Shown here one piece after another: positions 52,024-64,000 of a stretch of DNA of 64,000 nt. The translations under genes and the position numbers were made by a program. Origin of the DNA: Trichoplax sp. H2 (taxonomy: Eukaryota); assembly GCA_003344405.1 (NCBI GenBank), contig NOWV01000014.1:496001-560000 (forward strand). Direction: 5' to 3'. The notes under the pieces are model-generated. The model had not been told where the DNA came from. It searched no databases and saw only the letters and a list, made by a program, of their open reading frames with translations. Each line of letters begins with the position of its first letter. Within the stretch, counting starts at the first letter, position 1.

Positions 52024-55000
52024 GTAAATCAACTCAAGGAAAATAAATATAAAACTATGGAAGAAAAAAGCAGCCAGCCCCAAAAAACTCTATCCATGGA
52101 TACTGAAGGTAAAGTGACTTGATTTAATACCGTATAATGACAGGCGACAGTTTTTTTGAACTATTAATTTGACATGTATTTAATTGATGTCTTGTACAAG
52201 CATTTGCTCCGCTAAAGCTATAGCGCTCGCTACTTTCAGCATTTGCCATAACATTAATCACTATTTCATAAGAATGTAGTACGGTATCTAAACAGATAAT
52301 ATGATACTTATTGAAAGTGTAAAAGCAAAATTTAGAGTCTATAAATGAAGTACACGATAGATATTGAAAAGGAAGTAAAATGATATCAGCTCATTGGGAA
52401 TTCATCTTGGACCCATTCTATTTTTTTATTTTACTGTTTCTATATCAATGCATTGTCAAATTGCTCAAGATGAGGAATGAAAAAAATTTTTCACCTTTAA
52501 ATCCTACTTTACGAATACTTACAGATTTAAAAACTTTACAACTATTTGACAAATTTTAATGGTATCATGTTGTACTCTATTTACCAACAGCTTGCATCTT
52601 TAGTATTGATAGAAAAAAAATGACATACGCCCTTTGATTATTCATTTCGATAGCCAATTATTTTATTACACCGAGCAATCTAGTCATTCTTGAAGCCTAC
52701 TATGTTTTTTTCTTTCCTTATTGTCACTCTATCATTGAACTTGCTACCGCTAGAATTATTTGAAGATATATCACAAATGCAAGATCAATGGATTAAACAA
52801 GGTAAGCGCCTATGTTGATGCTTGTTAGGATTTCTACTCTTGAACTGTTATTATGATATTATTTAATTTGCTCTTTACCATCACTTTTGTATGGTAATGT
52901 ATCGTCAAAAATCAATCCTTTTTGCTATCTGTCTTGGATCAATGTAACAATGAGAGCAGTTAACCTTTAAAATTCATCCATTTCTTTTCTAATATCATCT
53001 TGAAACCATCATTAACATGATCAGTTTCATTACCGTCATAATTTCAGTGACTTTTGCTTGTCAAGACAGCGTTATTATTGTTGAAAGCACAATTAAATTA
53101 CATACCTATTAGCCTCTATTTTTTACACACTTTCTTTGACGCTATCATTCAATTTAGTCCGTATAGAAAATGGCTTAGGATTTTAATTGTTAGTAATGAA
53201 TTCTTCCATTACATTATTAAAATTGGAAAGTGATTGTCCCTATAGTTGTTACCGCCTTACGCAGTCTAATTTTTTTTTTAATATTATACCAAAATTAAGT
53301 GAAATATGGGTATAAAAATCCAAAGTGATCTTTAAACAGATCATTTTAATTAGTTGAAATAAATGAATGATAATGTAAGCATACTTGCATCTTCTATATT
53401 TATTATCATTTTGGTAAAGGTAAAAAGTTCATGTCAGCAGAAATAATAAGTCGGAATAACCGTGCATAGGAGAACTTTTTAAGATACTGTACTTAGACCT
53501 GACATACACAGAATTAACTGTAGTATAATTATGGATTAAATTTGGTCATTGGCTAAGAAGAACACTTTGATTGGCTACAACTGCCCTTAAATATAGCCGT
53601 ACCTTAGATATGCAAGAGTTTTTTATGAAAGATTTCATAAAAGTAGCTTAATAAGAGCTCTCTGTAGGCCGCTCTTTTATTTGATAATCATTAGTTATGT
53701 TAGAATATGGAAATGGGTCAAAAGAACGACTATTAGCTACTACTAAAGCTTTAAGTTTATGATCGTTTCCTCGATGAGGAAGTTATAATAAGAAGAATTA
53801 GTGATCACTATATTCTAACTATTGAAGTAGAATTAAAATTATATATATGTTGTGAAGATATACGGAACCATGAAAAGTCAGATATAGTGATTATAATATG
53901 TATTAGTGCTATATAATAGATCGTTAATTTTATTTTACTAAGATACAAGTATGAATGCATTTAGTCGCAATAGCAAGAAATACAAGATACTGAAATTAAC
54001 TATCTATGTTTGAAAGAGTGGAGTTATTTTGAAATGAAGGTTCCGTCTATGTATTCTGACAATTGTTTTGACTAGATTTACGCCCATTGCTATTCACGAA
54101 TAACGTTTTATTTTATCCTTAGTGAGGTATATATGATAGTAAAACGAGAGATATTAAGCGTATATTGGTATTTCATAACGAATGAGATCACATCATGAAT
54201 GTCTGTAATGAAAATTTTGTCGCTATTGAAGAACTATAAAGTGTTTTTCTAGTACACAGAAATGAATGCTTGGCTAAACTAATAAATTTTCAAGTATTTT
54301 GTAGTATGCAAATCTATTGAATATCAATAGAACATACGAATATCGATCATTGTCAATATTTGGTAGCTATTTATGGATAGGGATGAGAATATAATCAATT
54401 GAAGCCTAATCTCCCCACTGACAACATTTTCAAAATTATCCTTTCAAATAGAGCACAAGAATTATTTGCTAAAGCCATTCCATAGAGAAAGATATTGAGA
54501 TAGTCTAAGTTTTTTTTGATAAAGTTAATCAACCTCAGTAAATTATCGAAAATATTGCCAAATTTTGCAAATTATTTAAAGTACACTAGATGAGATTTTT
54601 AATTAAAGAAGGCTTAATGATCGAGAAATACGCACATTATACTAAGGGAACATACAAAAATGATAGTTCAAATTATTGCAGATATTTTGTTCCTTTTTCT
54701 CTTCTTGCGTCTTACTTTAAAGATTAATCTTATGTTCGTGTTGACAATAATCATATCAAAAGATAATCTTCGCTTAATGTAAATAACGATATCAATCCTT
54801 TTTTTACGAAAGATATTTCTTTCCATAACTTTTCATATCAGTTTATCTTCCAAGTTTATATATAATTTACAAGTTGTAAATTGATCATTTTAAAAATCTT
54901 GGAAGACGTATTCATATTATAGTGTACTCGTATGTTATAGGCTAAAACAAGGCAAGGAGTATAAGATAGACAGCTAATACTAATATAGAAATTCTCCATA

Positions 55001-58000
55001 CCTCAAAAACACACTATTATTTCGATACTACTGTATAAATGGTTAATATAATATTATCGAAGGCAGCCAGCATTGATGTATTATATATGAATTCATTCTG
55101 ATTACTTTATAACTAATGTTGTCAAATTTTTATTGACCAGCTTCGGCACGTGAAACGAATTTAAAAAATACCTCCTATTAGATTTTGAATGATTATTATT
55201 ATTGTACTAAATTCCATCTTCTATATGTCGGCAATTTTGCCAGCGGTAATATCTAAGAAAATTGCCGCTTTTATTGAAGGATTCTGGCTCAATATTTGTA
55301 TCCCTGTGGATATGGCCAAATATCTTCGGCCAGGCTACCATTGTTCCTATTTCTCTTAGAGTATAGCATTTAAAAGGAATGAGATTATAATTTTAACTAC
55401 ATTTAGCCGTATTTAGACAATCGCATAATAGTTATATTCTATGATTGGTTCAATAATTTTATGCTAATGTTCTCATTCTCTTAGATCTATAGTGCATTAA
55501 ACAATTATAATATACATTAAAGGCTATAGATATGATCTATCGATTTGAATGAGTAATTAGAACAGTGCTCGGATATTTTCGGCTGTATTATTGCTAGCTC
55601 TATTTTGTGCAATGCCTTTTTTTATCGATTATCACGCTAATGTTTTCTCTATACAATAATTAGAGTACAATAAGATGCAAAATAAACGTATCAATGGCTC
55701 CAAAATTCATGATAATATACCAAGAGACTTGATAGTAACTGTAGATCGTAGAGAAAAATTTGTTGCAAAGTAATTTTTCAGAAGTTCATTTTATTCCTAA
55801 TGGTCTAACTAATATTTTTGTACTACATTTAAATCAGTAAGAATGTAGACTATCTGCTGTTATTTTATTTTATCCAGGATTTTTATTGCTGACTATAATT
55901 CATGCTAATAGAACCTATCATTTTCTGTCTAATCTTCATCTTTTGTTTTAAATACGTTTATTTTTGATTAAATTTTTCTATCCTAACTACCACTAAACAA
56001 GATCAATGGCTAATATTAGTGAAAGATTTATATGAAATCAATTTTTTTATTTTTACTTTCAATTCATCCATATAAAATTTATAGCTTGAAAAGAAAGTAT
56101 GAATAATACCTTTTGAGATGGTGGAATCGTTCATTCTATTAGATATTCTCCTTTCAGTTATTTTCTTAATGTGATTTTATTTGATCTACTTTCGCTAATA
56201 CTTATCGCACTTTTCTGCCAAAGACTTCATATACTATTGAGCTAGCTTATATTGTATAACGAATTCACAAAATAATCGCCAATATAGATAATGTTTTGAC
56301 TGGATTGCCATACAGTATAAGGCAACTGGTATGTATAGTAAAAGTGGTGCAGTTAACTTTAAGCGTATGTCTAGCATGATCATGTGTGATTGCTAAAAGA
56401 TACGATAATAATTTATCGAGATATCGCGTCCGAAGTACATGCAGTATCACTTTTACGCTAACAGATCATTATTAACTTTAAACTATCTTACAAGAGACGT
56501 ATATAATTTACAAGCCTACTATCGTAAGCGAGTCATGATCACTATATTCTTCACGTTGCTCTTTAACATGAGCATAGAAATGAACGCAGAAATATCATAT
56601 GTTGTTGTCATAAGTGTATTTTTCTTACGCCATTGTACCTTTTGATGATGAATCATTCTCCTTACATATGAACTCAAGTTTCTACTATGAAAAAATGTGA
56701 ACAAAATGTTTTCAAGCTTTCAGTCCTAGATAACTCACAAATAATGTGCATGAAATTATCTCTATAACAAGCAAAAATTAAATCAACTTTTAGGCCTTGT
56801 AATTTAGACAGGATTCGATAGTAGTCATACAGAATTTTTACACTAACGAACCCAACGAAATGGTATAGACACTGGGGATAGTACAGATAGGGCAAAATAA
56901 TTATACTTTTGGCTGATACTATCTTTATTCAGAATAAGAGAATTGAAATGGACCACCTTCTTGCTATTTTTGATTTGTTTCTTTGATATAATACCACCGT
57001 AAGCAATTTTATTGCAGAACTTGAGTCAAAGGAGATACAATTTAATTTTAAAATTTTAACGACCTACAAAAATATTCAACCAGAAATAAACAATTTTCGC
57101 TATTTGTGATTATTATTGATAATGTGATTGTAATAATTACTTTCAGAATACTTCAAATATGGATAATTTTATTTATTATTTCTAGCAATATTCGTGTAAT
57201 GTTGATAATAATCATTTGTCATTGATTTGATTTAGGCAATAAAGTTGGCAATTCCGATGAACAATTTGTGCCCGAAATTCGACCACCACCGCCTCAAGGT
57301 AAAAATTAATTTTTAACGAAAAGAAATAGGGGAGTTATCGATACAGTAAAACCTTTCAGTATATTAGCATTAAAATGAGTTAGATTGAGCGTTTACTGTT
57401 GCAATTATTCGGGCCAAACAGGAATATAGAGTGTTTATGACCTTTTTAAGTTACTTAACTGAGTTAATAGAGTAACAGTAAGTAAGATATAATACACTGA
57501 GTCTACTTCTTATTTTCAAAGATATGCTATTTCCGTCGAGATATTAATTTTACTCCTCTTATCATAAAAATATTAATATAGAAAAAAGAACGATTAATAG
57601 TTCTCAACCTACCGTAATATATCGCTGTGCTTTCCATCAAATTTCATGATATTCTTCACTAAATATTTCCAGTTTTACTTTGCGTTCTTTATGATTTGTT
57701 CTTCTTCTGCTAATTAATTTTTTTTTTGACTTAATACTAATTGAATGCAAAATATTATATTTTATTAGCCTATTCTTTAATGTATGACTTCTTTCTATCC
57801 CTTATCACACATATTATATAATGACCCCTATTTTAATTTTACTTTGCTGTCCCACAATTTCTTTTGTATATCAGCTATACAGGTCGATATTATTTAGTGA
57901 TTGAATTATTCAATTGCAGATAAACATTTCTTATATTGCATAAGAAGAATTGAATATTAGTAGAATTAAATTATTATTGACTCACAGTAAATCCAAATTT

Positions 58001-61000
58001 GCGCTATTGCAATCTGACAAGGATTAATAGAGAGAAAATAGTAATAGTATCATATATCGGCAAAAATTATTAAAATGAAGTTATGAATCATCATCATCAA
58101 CAGACAGGCTTAAATACTAGTCATACAAACTATTAATGCGATGAGGACAGTTTATATGATAGACAAGTTCATGATATGGTATATAAATAATCATTGCTTA
58201 TTTTGTACTACTTTAATTTGGGGAGTACACGATGACAATAAAAACAATAATCACCTTTAGAATCAGTCGCTATGACGGATACTAATTGAAATCAATTACA
58301 TGGCTTGATAGCATAGCAAGTACCAGTTTTAATGTGTAGAGTTGTTTTCCTCCTCCATTCGTGTCTTTATTTCGTACTCCTATCCAAATCATTTTTGGCT
58401 AGAATAATTGAATTTATAATTAATTTTATGGCTTAAAAATGACCCAAACACATTATATTATATTCATCCTTCGTCGGGAGTAAAATTGAACGTACACATT
58501 TCGATCTAGTTGATGATTATGATAACAACCCAAGTAGTTTTCCAATTTCATAGAATAATTTCGATGTTCTCGTAGAAACAGATCATGTATTGAACAGTTA
58601 ATTTTGAACTAAACATAAAGTTTAAATTGTTTTTGTTTTGGGTTCGGTTGATATTAATAAAATTTGCATAAAGACAGAACAATAATGAAAGCCAAACCGT
58701 ACAAAATACAAGATCATTGACTCTCGAACACACGTACAGTATAATTTATCATGCAAATCTCTTAAGTATATTTTAGTCATTGGTAAAAGAATCCAACTCT
58801 ATCATACATGCTAATAGTGCCGCTATCGTAAGATCGCTGTAGATCTATGTAGTGATAATTAGGACCTAAAGATGATAATAAATTAAATACTTATTTCCAA
58901 TCATGCCCAGAATAACGCGATTTAATGATACAATATTTTATTAGAATTGAAGAGAAACATATCGATGTCCCAAATTATAGTTTCGTTCTAGAAATGCAAA
59001 GTCTCTAGGAAGCAGCAACTACGCATAACAATTTCGTACGTTATTCAAAGACGGTCTGTAGGCTAATTAAGTAAAATTTGGATTAATTTACGCATAACAT
59101 GTAGAAGAATTAGTTGTGTATGTGCGATATATGATATGAAATCGTAGGCGAATAGAATCTACGAATAAATAAGGAAGTAAAGAGATTCGTACATAGCCAT
59201 GGTACAGCATGCAAGTTTATAACATGTGTATGATGATCCGGATTGCAACCATGTCAGCCATGCAATGCGGTAGTTCAATAGATTCTACACTAGTACCTAG
59301 AGAGCAAAGTAATCGTTGCATCGAAACTAAAACTTAGTTGGTGACGTGTAGTATATATTTTTCTATACAATATCGTCAAATGACACAGATAATAGGAAAA
59401 TTTTTTTGCTTTAGATTATCAAGTTTGTTTTCTGTACAACAGTTGGTTATACATCATACAAAAAATACGTGTGTATGATCAAGGATTGGCAAGCATACCG
59501 GCCAATTCTCATATACATGCATTATATGTGCAACACAGAGAACATGTGATATATTATGGTTCAAAGTTGATATCAGCTATTTAATAAGTGAACCATAAAG
59601 TATTAACGGACTGTATAGTTGAAAACAGCATGACAAAATATAGCGCGTTTAACAAATTTTTTATAGAAACGAATTCCTTTCATGACATAATGCATTATTT
59701 GTATCACATAGAGAGTAGACAAAAAAGGGTTAATCTTGTTTAAAATAAAATTCAAGTTCTACAGTGTGAAAAATTTAGTAATCGCCTTTAAAGATCACTT
59801 AGGATCCTGACTGATGTGATCAGCAATAAATGGATCTTATATAGTATCAACTCATAACGTTCACTGGCACGATATACTAAATCTTATTAGGCATTAGCGA
59901 ACATTTTTATCATAGGATGTTATATATCTGGTAAGGTTACATTTAAGACTCATCAAAACTCGGAAACAGTTCAATTATCAAGTAATATCGATTTTTTGTA
60001 TAACGGCATTTGATAAGGAAACCAATGCAAATTGATAAATTATACAAAGGCCAACATCTGCGTAAATTTAATGCTACCGGTAGTGATGTATTTTCTCGAT
60101 TGAACTAGATCACTTAAAAGCTTATGTCAAGGTCAAATAAGTCAACTAGCGTCGGCTTGATACTGTCTTCTGTTTAGCTAGAACTATAATTGGCATGTTT
60201 GAATACATTGCTTGAATACTTTAATTTAATACCTAATAGCTTTATGAGGGTGTACTATTGGCCGAAATGATGTAAAATAATATTTGTAAAAATGGTAACA
60301 AGATACGATTTATTTCTACTATACGTCATGCAGGTAGTGATTTATTGATAGATAGCATCGAGAATATTTTAAATATAGATTTATTAATCGATCAGTTTCT
60401 TTTCCTTTAACACTTTGATCGGAAAATGAAATAAAAATGGCCCGGGGTATATCTCTAATATAAATTATTCCGTCCACTGGTAATTATAAACTTCCGATCC
60501 GTTTGTAGCGATATAAAAATGAATTTATCTTTCTATTAAACTGTTTCCATGAGACTGATATATTTCCTTTATTAATTTTTTTGAACTCTGGGTCCGTATA
60601 AAAGCCTAAAATAAATAGTACTCTATATCTTAGTTTCGAAACTTCCATTTCTAAATAGAACTGGAAATTAAATCAATTTAGTTAAATTAGGAAGGAATGA
60701 TTAATTTCCCAACCACTGGCATTTCCCTTAATTCCGATGATAAGATATATCAGAGGAAATTAAATTTATAATGAAGTTATTGATATTAATTTTTTTAATT
60801 TTACTTTTTTATTATCAAGTCGAAATCATGAATTCATAAAAGTGTTGCCTTCCTTGAGATAATGAATTGGGTTGAACTCTATTGAAATTGCCTTAGACTT
60901 TCAATGCACAATAGTTAGAAACTAATTATATTTTAGGCTAGTTTTGGTCGGTCATTCAATCAAATATTGTAGAATAAAGTAATAATCATCATCATAATAC

Positions 61001-63904
61001 TAATGATAATAATGCTAATAATAATAATAATATTAATAATGTTAATATAGACGTATATGCATGCATATAAATGATGCATAGAATCTTCTAACTCGAAAGA
61101 TCAATAAGTGAAATATTTTTCTCCCTGTTTCATTGTTATCGGTTGCATTTGAAATTTATTTTACTTGTCAGTTTTCAACTTGATTGAAGAGTTATATTAT
61201 TTTATCTAGCGTTATCGAGAGTACTAAATTGTATACTAGATAGCGATAGGAAAATATGATAATATTGGATTTAAAAGTTCCAATTTTAATTTAACGCCTC
61301 CGATTGTATAATTAATCAATCTCATTGGTACAAGCCGTAGAGAAGGGCGGACATCTAAGATTCTGTAGTACTGTTAAAATTTTATACGATAGAATTTCCT
61401 TCTGTATTTAATTGATATGATCATTTCTTTTCATGTTAGTACCCTACTCGATTCAACACCATGAATATTAGAATTGAGGCAGAATTATTCATTTATCTTT
61501 GTAATTTTTGTTAATATTTATAAATAGATAATTTTTCTCACCATTTATTAATGTACTAGCCGTATAGACTATTTCGACCATGTTGTGAACCCTTGTGTAT
61601 CGTTAAGCTCTCAATTACGAAATAGAAATTGATTAAAATAAAATTACAAGCTGTGAATAATGATAACTTTAAATATCTTTAAAAGGTATTTAGTCATCAA
61701 GTCATGATATATTTAAAAAAATTTTAAACGATGTACTATTATGATGATATTTGACGAGAAGCTTCGAGTTACATTAGACAATCAAATAAGGTATTGTTAA
61801 CAATTTAATTGCCTTCCTAAAATACCGACTTACACGTCTATAGTTTAAAGTCTTTGACTTTTTTCCCAGCAGTCAAGCGTGACCATTGTCGATAACAATG
61901 GCTATAATTAAATTGGAGCTAGTGTGCGTATGAGGGGGAGGCAGATATCAATCGATTAATGACTGTTAGAAAATGGCACACTAAAATGGTTATCACTTGG
62001 CGTTCTACGTTATGCGTTAACACATTTGATTTACGAGATGGAGGAGTTTTTTTTCTTGTTTTATTGGTGTGTGTTTGCATGAGCGTATACATATATATAT
62101 ATATATATATATATGACAGGGTATCAATAGATTAGAGTAGAAAGATATTGCAATTATGTAGTCTATCATACAAATGAGAAAAATAGTCTAAATTGTTAAA
62201 TCAATTTATAGGCATAGATATGTATCCTAATTTTTTGTCAAGTTGTGCTGTAAACTTCATCGTATAATAGAGTAAAATAATTTTTTATCCTCATTGGGAA
62301 AGAATCTAATTTGACGCTTTCCAATAAATGAACCACGTGTTATGCAGCTATTGATTGAAGTATTCAACTCGATCATCAGATAGGAAGAGAGTCCAGTCAG
62401 GAAGTATAATTCCTATAGGATTTATAATCAACCATAAATTAGCAATCCAGGAGTGGTGGTAACCACTGCTACCTTGGACGTCATGATTTTCATTTTTTGT
62501 CTTGTCAATGATAACAATAAAAATGGACAAGCATGATGAAGATTGTTTGATAGACTCGATCTTGAATAGTTTTCATCGTATTGACTGGGATAAAATCAAT
62601 TATTTCCTATCTTTTATTTTATGAATTTTTCACTTTTCTTTCAATGTGATCGATTGGATGATTTATTTTTTCTTTATCTTGATATTGTTCTCCAACTTAT
62701 TCAATTTTACAATTATCTTCCCCACTTTCATCCTGTTGTATATATATGGATATACTTATGTGCCTATATATGTATGCAAGTGCATGTTTGTGTATGTGTG
62801 GCATCTCTTCTTTCTCTCCACCCCCATTTTTCCTCGTCTTTCTTTTTCGTTCTCTTCAATCTTTTCTTCTTTAGTGGATTTTTGTATTTTTAATTGTCAG
62901 TTGTAATCATTGGAAGGAGGGAGGAGCAGGTAATGATGAATGAACTTTGGTCGTGATGACTTTTATTATCAATCTGCACATTATTATCCACAGTTACTTG
63001 CAATTAGGCTATGAACAACGCGTGGGTGTATATTATTGTCTTATTAAATTAATAAGTCCACCTTCAAAATTGATAGTATGATAAATTGTGATATTTTAAG
63101 ACTACCCTGGGAGTTAGTCAATGATTCGTAGACTCGAAGTGTGATACGGTAGCAAAGAAGGAGAGAGAAAGAGAAAAAAAAATTCTTTTTAAAAAATTGA
63201 TTATCATTTAAACTCAATGGATGAAATTCAGTTATTACCTTGTCCTTATTTAGATACACAAGTCAGTAATTTCCCAATCGTCACCGTCAAGACTGATGGC
63301 GAAGCAGACAATGTTCATAATTGTACCACCAATGTCAGTTTTGATGCAAGTAATCAACGCTACGTGAATGAACAACATTCTCCACCAATTCATCATACGC
63401 CGCCATCACCATCCAATCAACATCCTCATCATCATCATTCACTTCATCATCACCATCCTTCTCTTCCACATCATCAACAGCAACATCCACAACAACAGCA
63501 ACAACAATCTCAACAACATCAAACTTTATTCAGAAGGTTATCCGATAGTAGCGCTTATATATCAACTTTAGCCAGTCAGGAGAAACAACAACTAATGCGT
63601 CGATCGTCAGACAGTACTTCACTGATGGCCACAACTAATGTTGATCGATTGAATGTGAGAAGATTATCCGATGGGATCGCTTTAAATAATGGCCATTTCC
63701 ATCCACCCATGTTTAATAATCAATGCCAGCAGCAACCAACTCAACAACAGCAACAACAAGCACCACCACCGCCACAACAGCAACATCAACGTTTATCACC
63801 AGCCAATAGCTTAAGTGGTACTGTCTTTTCAGGCAATCCTAATCCATTTCAGCAAGGATTTCCTAACGTTAAGCAAGAGTGTCAAGATAATTGTTATGAT
63901 GTCG
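52024..63904 (+). CDS. ETV1: PEA3-subfamily ETS transcription factor (ETV1/4/5 co-ortholog), N-terminal region; 3'-partial, ETS domain expected beyond the window
   Basis: Exons 52024-52108, 52754-52801, 57236-57298, 63254-63904 join in phase 1 to give MDTEELFEDISQMQDQWIKQGNKVGNSDEQFVPEI, matching the PEA3 acidic domain [32 protein letters not shown], and later PFQQGFPNVKQECQD, like PEA3 QGFKQEYHD. The ETS domain itself is not seen. Start codon uncertain (52057 or upstream). Confidence 0.85.
62091..62114. repeat. (AT)n microsatellite
   Basis: About 12 AT units; a shorter (AT)n lies at about 46407-46424. Confidence 0.9.
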
Positions 63905-64000
63905 GTATGTAAGCCAAATGTTAAAAATGTGGGCGAAATCAGTTTTTATATTAATCCACTGCGTTGATGTAAAGTAGTGGGCGATTGATTTCCATCGATT

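Noticed and set aside
63217-63912. GLI/Ci identity suggested by RRxSD repeats
   Set aside because: Upstream spliced exons match the PEA3 acidic domain; the ORF-track ATG at 63217 is probably intronic (acceptor at 63253)

Overview
AT-rich animal nuclear DNA with many short GT-AG introns. The gene architecture looks like a placozoan (Trichoplax-type) genome, but that is inference. Manual splicing gives four protein-coding genes that the ORF track largely misses: the 3' part of CRPPA/ISPD (+, 67-2958); a type I diacylglycerol kinase (+, 7434-24735, 26 coding exons, first exon separated by an 11.8-kb repeat-rich intron); REV1 (-, 26141-31231, about 18 exons, one GC-AG intron); and the N-terminal half of a PEA3-subfamily ETS factor (ETV1/4/5-like, +, 52024 to beyond the window end). 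Non-coding DNA holds several minisatellite arrays, two 20-N gaps each flanked by allele-like duplications, a Tc1/mariner-type MITE and a 200-bp TG..CA insertion. The most interesting signal is the palindrome TAC[A/T]GTA scattered through the window. Comparing repeat units and duplicate copies shows it arises by 5-bp CAGTA/CTGTA insertions at TA dinucleotides, the known Tc1/Sleeping Beauty-type excision footprint, and these footprints are stacked near gene 5' ends. No CRISPR array, rRNA, tRNA or transposase ORF was seen.
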